Assembly: GCF_006345805.1 (NCBI RefSeq)
Contig: NC_043012.1
Location: 41,912,001-41,976,000 of the forward strand
Direction: 5' to 3'
DNA from: Octopus sinensis
Lineage: Eukaryota
DNA: 64,000 nt
Both the position numbers and the translations under genes were made by a program. Below the pieces are notes generated by a model, which saw only the letters and a program-made list of their open reading frames with translations, was not told the origin of the DNA and did not search any database. Below, one piece after another: positions 55,790 to 64,000 of the stretch. Position 1 is the stretch's first letter; the number at the start of each line of letters is the position of its first letter.

Positions 55790-56690
55790 ACGACGAGCTT
55801 CTTTCAGTTTCCGTTTACAAAATCCACTCACAAGGCTTTAATCGGCCCGAGGCTATAGTAGACGACACTTGCCCAAGGAGCCACACAGAAACTGAAACCA
55901 TATGGATGGGAAGCAGACTTCTTACCACACAACCACTCCTGCACCTTGTGTTGCATTTCGCAATGGTCAAGTTAACAATTAACACATGCTTAAGTTGCTA
56001 TTGACTTCAGTGGTGGCCATCATTGTTTTTCTCCGTGCTAACAGACACATACACACGTTGTTTTTAACTCTTTGCTTGTGTTGGAATTTTGTCAGTATTT
56101 TGTTTAAGATGAAAACTGAATTGAACTACATTCAACGCGTGTCTATTCGTTGGTAGCGTGAACCGCCCAAAATATAACAATTCTTGTTTCAACACATGAT
56201 TTCAAGCCAAACAACTTGCAAAAGAAATATATTTCTGTGCGTGATTGCGTGTACCGCATGAGTGCGTGTGTGTCTTTGTATATGTGTTAACTTAGAGACA
56301 GGAATGTGCTCCAGTTTAATCTTATTTTTCATTATTAAAAATGCTTCTTCAAGAACACAAGACTATATATGCTTATACGCACGTATATGTACATATATAA
56401 TATATTGATAGCCTGAATGTATATACACAGAGGTAGAGGTGGGACAAATACAGAAACAAAGGCACACACACAAATACACACATATGCCGATATACATATA
56501 TTTATATATATGTACTTATACATAAATATGTGTGTGTGTATACATACACACATATACACACGACGGCCTTCTTTCAGTTTCATCTACCATATGAACTGAC
56601 AAGGCAAAAGTAGAAAAAAACTTGCCCAGGTTATCACACTGAGGGACCGAACTTGGAACCATGCGGTTGGGAAGTAAACTTGTTACCACA
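55790..56690 (-). mobile_element. Two family B SINE heads (about 55790-55945 and 56560-56690)
   Basis: CTTCTTTCAGTTTCC..CACTTGCCCAAG..GCTTCTTACCAC, the reverse complement of the 59087 head. Confidence 0.7.
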
Positions 56691-56693
56691 CAT

Positions 56694-56778
<85 letters not shown>

Positions 56779-57236
56779 GAAGTGGGATGAGTGTGAATGT
56801 GAACATCGCCCCCAGATATCTGATTTTAGTGAAATACCATCATCACTTAGTCATGGCTGCAGTTTGTCATCCCACTTCCGGTTCACCCTGATAAAAAACA
56901 AAGAAAGGTATGGATACATTTTTACTCAATAATACCAATGACAACAACAAACAAGGAAGAGAGGGAATAAAAGAACAAGAATTGAATCTCGAACACAAAC
57001 CCTGCAAAAACATATTTAGGAAAATAGATTTTAAAATGTCTTCCATTTTTTCTTTTTCTAGGATTCTTTCACCCTTGTCTTTCTTCTTCGTCATCATCGT
57101 TCCCTTCTAATTTCTTTCTCGTTCTCCCTCTCTCACTCTCACTCTTCGCTTCGTTCATTTTTGTGTTTTTTCTCTTTTTCTGCGTTTTCTTTGTCTTTGT
57201 TCCTCTTTTTCTTAAACCCTTCTTCTTCTTCTTCTT

Positions 57237-57267
<31 letters not shown>

Positions 57268-57273
57268 TTCTTC

Positions 57274-57321
<48 letters not shown>

Positions 57322-57322
<1 letters not shown>

Positions 57323-57930
57323 TAAGGCAGCAAGCTGGCAGAATCGTAAGCACGCCGAGCGAAATGGTTAGCGGTGTTCCGACCGTCTTAAACGTTTTGA
57401 GTTCAAATTCCGCCGAGGTCGACTTTGCCTTTCAGGGTCGATAAATTAAGTACCAGTGAAACACTGGGGTCGACGTAATCGACTTATCCCCCCCCCCACC
57501 AAAGTGGCTGCCCTTTTGGCAAAATTTGAAACCATTATAAGGCGGCGAGCTGGCAGACTCGTTAGCGAACTGGGCGTAATACGTAGCGGTATTTCGTCCT
57601 CCTTTTCGTTCTGAGTTCTAATTCCGCTTTGACTGTTATTCTTTCAGGTCCATAAAATAAGTATCCCTTTCCCAAAAATTTCAGGCTCTGTGCGTTATTA
57701 TTGTTGTTGTTGTTGTTATTTAAGGCGGCGAGCTGGTAAAACCGTTACCGCGGCTCGCAAAATGGTTAGCGTTATTTCGTCCGTCTCTACGTTCTGAGTT
57801 CAAATTACGCTGACATCGACTTTACTTTTCATCTTTTCTGGCTCGACAAGATTAGTACCAGTTGGACACTGGGGTCGATATACTTGACTTATCCCCTACC
57901 CCCGAAATTGCTGTCTATAATTTGAAATCA
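57322..57930 (+). mobile_element. Tandem cluster of three family A SINEs
   Basis: AAGGC(A/G)GC(A/G)AGCTGG heads at about 57322, 57540 and 57722. Confidence 0.8.
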
Positions 57931-58332
57931 TTATTATCATTTTCTTCTCTCCCATCTCAACTAGTGTCGCCAGCCTTTCTTACTAATTATCTCCCTTGTT
58001 GACTACCTCTCTTCATACTCGTTTGCCCGTCGTATCTTTTATACTTCCAAAATACAATAACAGCATTTTTTCTCATCCAGCACCTTCAAGATTTCCTTCC
58101 CATCTCATATTTCTCGCTCTCTCTTTGTTTCTTTCTTCTCCATTTTTTCTTTTTGTCAACAAAAACTAATACAACTAATTACACTTCAACGTAGAACTTG
58201 CTTACTCACGTTTACCTTACGTTGCTGGTGGGGTGGGGAGTATCCCCACTTCGTATATGCGTGTATGTGGTGTGTATATGGATATATATATATGTCATAT
58301 AATAAATACATATACATGCATATCTATGGTGC

Positions 58333-58374
<42 letters not shown>

Positions 58375-58889
58375 ATATATATATATATATATATATGTAG
58401 TCGTGGTGTGTATGTATCTATATATGTGTAAGTATGTGTCCGTGTTTACACGTGTAAGTTTGTGTGTGTATCTTTGGATTGCGCATTCTTCAATGTTGAT
58501 ATTTGAGGTGGGTTAAGGAAACAGGTTTAAAATAAAGATTTATTTTTTAAAAAAGGCCAAAGAGGATAGAGAAAGAAAGGGTTGGTGATAATATTTAGAG
58601 TGAGATGTAGATAGAGAGATCGACAGAGAGACAGGCAGAGACAAGAAAAGCAGCAAATTGGAAAAAGGAAAAGAAATAATGAAAGTTGATTTTTAATTCA
58701 ACACTCCAAAAAGAATACATAGATTATCCCTCTGTACACGCACACCATATTTGTGTGCATGTGTTAATGCGTGTGTGTATGTGTATCTGTGTGTGTGTGT
58801 GTGTTTATACACACACACGTACATATGAATATATATATAAATGTGTGCTTTACTCATCATCCACTTATATATTTTGCATAATTTCTCCA

Positions 58890-58943
<54 letters not shown>

Positions 58944-59043
58944 TTATATAAGCATATATACCTATACATGTATATTCAACGGAATCTCAATTATTTTCTA
59001 TACATTTATATGCATATATGTGTGTTGTATGTATTATATATAT

Positions 59044-59086
<43 letters not shown>

Positions 59087-59087
<1 letters not shown>

Positions 59088-59249
59088 GGCGCAGGAGTGG
59101 CTGTGGGGTAAGTAGCTTGCTTACCAACAACATGGTTCCGGGTTCAGTACCAGTTGCGTGGCACCTTGGGCAGGTGTCTTCTACTATAGCCTCGGGCCGA
59201 CCAAAGCCTTTGAGTGGATTTGGCAGACGGAAACTAAAAGAAGCCCGTC

Positions 59250-59298
<49 letters not shown>

Positions 59299-59470
59299 TG
59301 TGTGTCTGTGTGTCTGTGTTTGTTCCCGTAACTTAACGGTTCGGCAAAAGAGACCGATAGAATAAATAGTAGGCTTCCAAAGAATAAGTCCTGGGTGTCG
59401 ATTTGCTCGACTAAAAGGCGGTGCTCCAGCATGGCTGCAGCCAAATGACTGACACAAGTAAAAGAATAAC
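59087..59470 (+). mobile_element. Near full-length composite SINE family B (tRNA-like head, (TG)n, tail)
   Basis: AGGCGCAGGAGTGGCTGTG..GGTTCCGGGTTCAGT..; the tail ends with ..AAATGACTGACACAAGTAAAAGAATAA. Confidence 0.8.
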
Positions 59471-60279
59471 AGAAAAAAGAATAAAAGAATATATGTATAT
59501 TATATAAATGTGTGCGTATTTGCTTATGTCCGCATTACCAGGCAGAAAAGAACAGAAAATCTTCAAATTTCCCACTTCCAAGGCAAACAGAATCAACCAA
59601 CAACGTTTTCTCCTCGATTCCATTCCTTCTCTTCATTCGGTTCACTTTACCTGAACATTGTTGCCTGAACTTTCCATCTTTAATTCATGCCATCAGCAGA
59701 ACATGCAATTAAATAGCGCCTAATTAGTCTATAATGATGTTGTTTTTGTTGTTGTTGTAGGTGTTGTTGTTGTTGTTGTTGTTGTAGTTGTTGGCGGTGG
59801 TGCTGTGTTTGTGGGATCAATTTCTTGTTATTTATAGCTCATCGAAAAGACATGATAGTCGTTCCAGTCATGACCATCTCCATTTATGTATGTGTGTGTG
59901 TGTGTCATTTCCTTTACTCAGTAGAATATGATTGGAAAAAGATATAACTGTTACTTTTAGAAGGCCAATCGACAAAATAGAGGTGGGCATATTCGGAGAG
60001 TGATGCTGCGTAAGAGCTAGGGGATGGAATGTAGGGTAGAATGGGTGAAGGGGTCAGTATCAGGATTGAGGATTACATAAATCGCAAATGGAGTAAGAAT
60101 GAAATGTTACTAACAAGATATTCTTGGTTGGTTCTGGTTTTTGTAAAGTTTTAACACTGTTCACAAATACCTTTAATTGGTCATGAGTCAAAAAAGAGCA
60201 CACACACAAACACATCTCACACATACTTGCATATATATGTGTATATAAACATATATAAACACACACACACATATATATA

Positions 60280-60657
60280 CATACACACATACAGAGTTGG
60301 CCAAAATTCACCCGACAGTAAATCAACATTACATAAATAATTAATACTCAATTTCATTTATTCATTCCAATTATATATGCTTAATAATTGAATGCTGTGA
60401 GTTAAAAATCATCGTTTGTTTTTTTCAACATTTGTCTATTTATTAGCGAAGTCTTATATGAAATAATTTTTTGCTTTAATCTTGGTATTTGGCTAAACCT
60501 GTACATATGTGTGTATGTATGTGTGTGTATTATATACAACATACATTTATACACCCGCACGCACACACAACACAACACACACACACACCACACACACGTT
60601 ATTTCAGTATGAGAGACAAAGAGCCTCAATGAGAGAAAGAAAAGGAAAAGTAGAAGA

Positions 60658-60689
<32 letters not shown>

Positions 60690-61092
60690 CGAAAAAGTGA
60701 GAGGTGGATAGTGGAAATGAGATACTAATGAGAGGAATGATAAAGCATACGCATACACACACACTTGTATATGTACATACATATATGTACTAGGTACACA
60801 CACATATATATACATACACACATACAGAGTTGGCCAAAATTCACCCGACAGTAAATCACACATTACATAAATATTAATACTCAATTTCATTTATTCATTC
60901 CAATTATATATGCTTAATAATTGAATGCTGTGAGTTAAAAATCATCGTTTGTTTTTTTCAACATTTGTCTATTTATTAGCGAAGTCTTATATGAAATAAT
61001 TTTTTGCTTTAATCTTGGTATTTTGGCTAAACCTGTACATATGTGTGTATGTATGTGTGTGTATTATATACATACATACATTTATACACACG

Positions 61093-61136
<44 letters not shown>

Positions 61137-61330
61137 ATTTCAGTATGAGAGACAAAGAGCCTCAATTGAGAGAAAAGGAAAAAGTAGAAGAAAGAGAGAG
61201 AGATAGAGAGAGAGAGAGAGAAAGCGAAAAAGTGAGAGGTGGATAGTGGAAATGAGATACTAATGAGAGGAATGATAAAGCATACGCATACACACACACT
61301 TGTATATGTACATACATATATGTACTAGGT

Positions 61331-61335
<5 letters not shown>
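60280..61335. repeat. Tandem duplication of a ~535-bp segment (includes a Tc1/mariner-like terminus TACAGAGTTGGCCAAAATTCACC)
   Basis: ACAGAGTTGGCC at 60291 and 60824. The unique sequence is near-identical and the SSR lengths differ. Confidence 0.9.
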
Positions 61336-61379
<44 letters not shown>

Positions 61380-62443
61380 TAGAGAGAGAGGAGAGAGGGA
61401 GAGGGGAGAGAGAGAGAGTGTGTGTTTGTGTGCGTGTGTGTGTGTGATTGTGTTTATGCGCGCGTGTTCGTGTGAACAAAATTGCCCCGAAAACTTGGCG
61501 ATCCGGGTTCCAAACCTGTTTTCTAATTTCTTTCACAACAAAATAACAAAAACAAAACGTCTCAATTGTTTTCGTGTGTTTTCAGATGTCCTCCTCTTCC
61601 TCCTCCTCCTCATCCTCATCCTCCTCCTTTTCCTTTTTTCTTGTTTTTTCCCCTTTGTTCTTGTTGTTCTTTTAGTTGTTCTCTTTTGCTTTTCTTAGTC
61701 ACACTGTTGATGATAATGATAATTATGATGCTTTTTTCGCTTTTGATGTTGCTATTGTTGTTATTGTTATGCTGCCGTTGTGGAGACACAATTCACGCGG
61801 CATGCCACATGCCCACCTCTTCTAAACTTTTTTAAAAACTTTTATCGACATCTTTGTCTCCTTGATTCCTCAGAGGAACCGATCGAGAAGCGAACCAAAG
61901 ATTCTATATATTGATTGATTGATTGATTGATTTCCCTCTAAGCACCACCACTACCGACGTCCCCATCACCAGCCCCACTACCACCAAGACCTCTACTAAC
62001 TCTATGGCTACTTCCACTAAACTAACACCAACATCACCAACAAAGACTTTCTTTGAAAATTATATTCTTTGTTACCCACATTCACTTCCACCTTGAAAGT
62101 TGTGATCTATTATGTTTGTCATGGAGCGGACATGTTCTAGAAATATCTGCGGATAATTGTCCTTGAGAAAATACTGGTTCATTTCTCTTTGCCATTGTTA
62201 GAAGAATTGTTGCTGTTATAAAGGCGGCGGTTTGATAGAATCGTTAAGGCGTCGAGAAAAATACTTTACGGTATTTCTTCAGAGTCTTTATGTTCTGAGT
62301 TCAAATAGTGACGTGATCAATCAACGTCACATTTCATTTCTCCAAGTTTGATTGGAATAAAATACAAAATGAATATTGAAGATCGATACTATTGGCAAAT
62401 GAAACCGCTCAAAATGGCTGGCTGTCCTTGTGACGAAATTAAA

Positions 62444-62474
<31 letters not shown>

Positions 62475-62689
62475 TGGCTTTCACAAAAAAGGAAAATCAG
62501 AGGAGTATCTGTTGGTTTTAGAAGTTTTACAAAGAACATCAGATTAGAAAAGAAAATAATCAGCGGGAAAGGTGCATCGAAGAGGCAGCACAGACGACGC
62601 GCTAGCGGCGAGAATCACCTTTTCTTCAACACCAAACATGAAGGTTGGGTTGTCCGTGCTAAAGTATATGCGCCGAAACAGCATAAAAG

Positions 62690-63050
62690 CACAAAAACGG
62701 GTCTGTCCACCGTCATCCAGTGTCCGTACATTAGTATCTTGTGGACTTGGTTCGTGTGGGGCGAACCCGGCTCTCCATTGAATCTAAGTGTAGGTCGATG
62801 TGCTGCCTTCCTTTAACAGGAAAGAGAGGCTTGATGGCGGTGGCGAAAGAGGTTGTTTGGTGGAGTCGTCTCAAAGTTTTGAAGACAGGTATTTTCTAAT
62901 CTGGGCAAGGCCTCAAGTACTATTTGAGGAGGAATGTGAAGGTGGAGAGGGAGGCACTGCCTTCTAGTGTGCTTATTGAAAGGTGGATGCGAGAGGCAAT
63001 ACTAGTGAGCCTGAATAAACCTACTCTGAGTAAGGTAGAAACTGGAGGAG
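62690..63050 (+). mobile_element. Decayed LINE C-terminus (Tx1/L1-like)
   Basis: VIQCPYISILW..VAKEVVWWSRLK..KYYLRRNVKVERE.L....ERW, resembling post-RT tails. Clade assignment uncertain. Confidence 0.5.
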
Positions 63051-63472
63051 GGATCATTCGATGCCTTGTAGTCGGCAGAATAAACCGGAATATTCAGTGC
63101 GGTACTTTCCCCAAATAACCTCACTCTTAATGGAATGTTTTCCCTTTCTGGTTGATTTTTTTTTTATTTCTTAATTCTATTTTTATAATTTTCGCTATAT
63201 TTATTGCTGTTGATTTTCCTTTGATCATTTTCGTGTGTTGTATATCGTGCTTTGGTATTGTCCTCAATGCATTCGGCATTTCGTCCTTGCGATGCAATAA
63301 GCTGTATATGCATTTCACTGAAAAGTATTCAATAAAATTGCAGTTTATAACACGCTTTCCCATTCAGTTAAACCAATAATATTTTTATGTGAGAGCGATA
63401 TGGCTGCCTCACCTTCTCACTTATTCTTAGCCGTTTTCTATATGATTCACAACTATTGCATATATATACACA

Positions 63473-63528
<56 letters not shown>

Positions 63529-63634
63529 ATATATTACATTTAAAATTAATTTATTTTATGATTTATAATGTTAAAAGACATTATACGTACATACACACGC
63601 ACAAACACATGCATCTATACATCTTTAAATATAT

Positions 63635-63676
<42 letters not shown>

Positions 63677-63758
63677 CAGAGAGAGAGGGGAAGAGATAAT
63701 GTGTGTGTACATATGTGAGAGTAGGAAGGTTCAAGTTTTAATTAACTGCTCCAGCTGA

Positions 63759-63812
<54 letters not shown>

Positions 63813-64000
63813 GTGTGTGTGTGTGTGTGCCTGTATATCTGTATTTATGCATAGATATGTATAATACATTTGAGATACATGCTCATGGATAGAAAGACAT
63901 CCAGCAAGGCACAGAGAGAAACATCAGGTAGGTATATAAGTAGGCAGGCAGGCAGATAGATAGATATCACTCCATTATCTATTGCGCCCTCGTTGTAGGG

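Overview
AT-rich, microsatellite-dense eukaryotic DNA. The SINE/LINE/microsatellite content resembles coleoid cephalopod (Octopus-like) genomes; this is an inference. The window lies inside one large + strand gene. Five short exons (5362-5526, 6835-6980, 16054-16116, 38732-38787, 54572-54719) encode the middle and late part of a myosin motor domain, either myosin-III-like or the related myosin head of a molluscan chitin synthase. The last exon has an apparent 1-nt frameshift, and at least one exon is not found (there is a 100-N gap at 31970-32069). The introns hold tRNA-derived SINEs, RLE-type (R4/Dong-like), CR1 and Tx1-like LINE fragments, Tc1/mariner relics, a 37-bp minisatellite and many SSRs. 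Nearly all ORFs in the supplied track are SSR artefacts. The main hunt result is a repeated architecture of foldback (inverted-repeat) elements, mostly next to (TA)n, with an outward-pointing minimal type-I hammerhead ribozyme in each arm. The motifs carry six different perfect stem-III palindromes. One has a U3:A8 compensatory core, one was interrupted by a SINE and restored by the target-site duplication, and one sits in a 323-bp retrozyme-like unit. These are most likely Penelope-like-element derivatives. All folds were read by eye and none has been tested.
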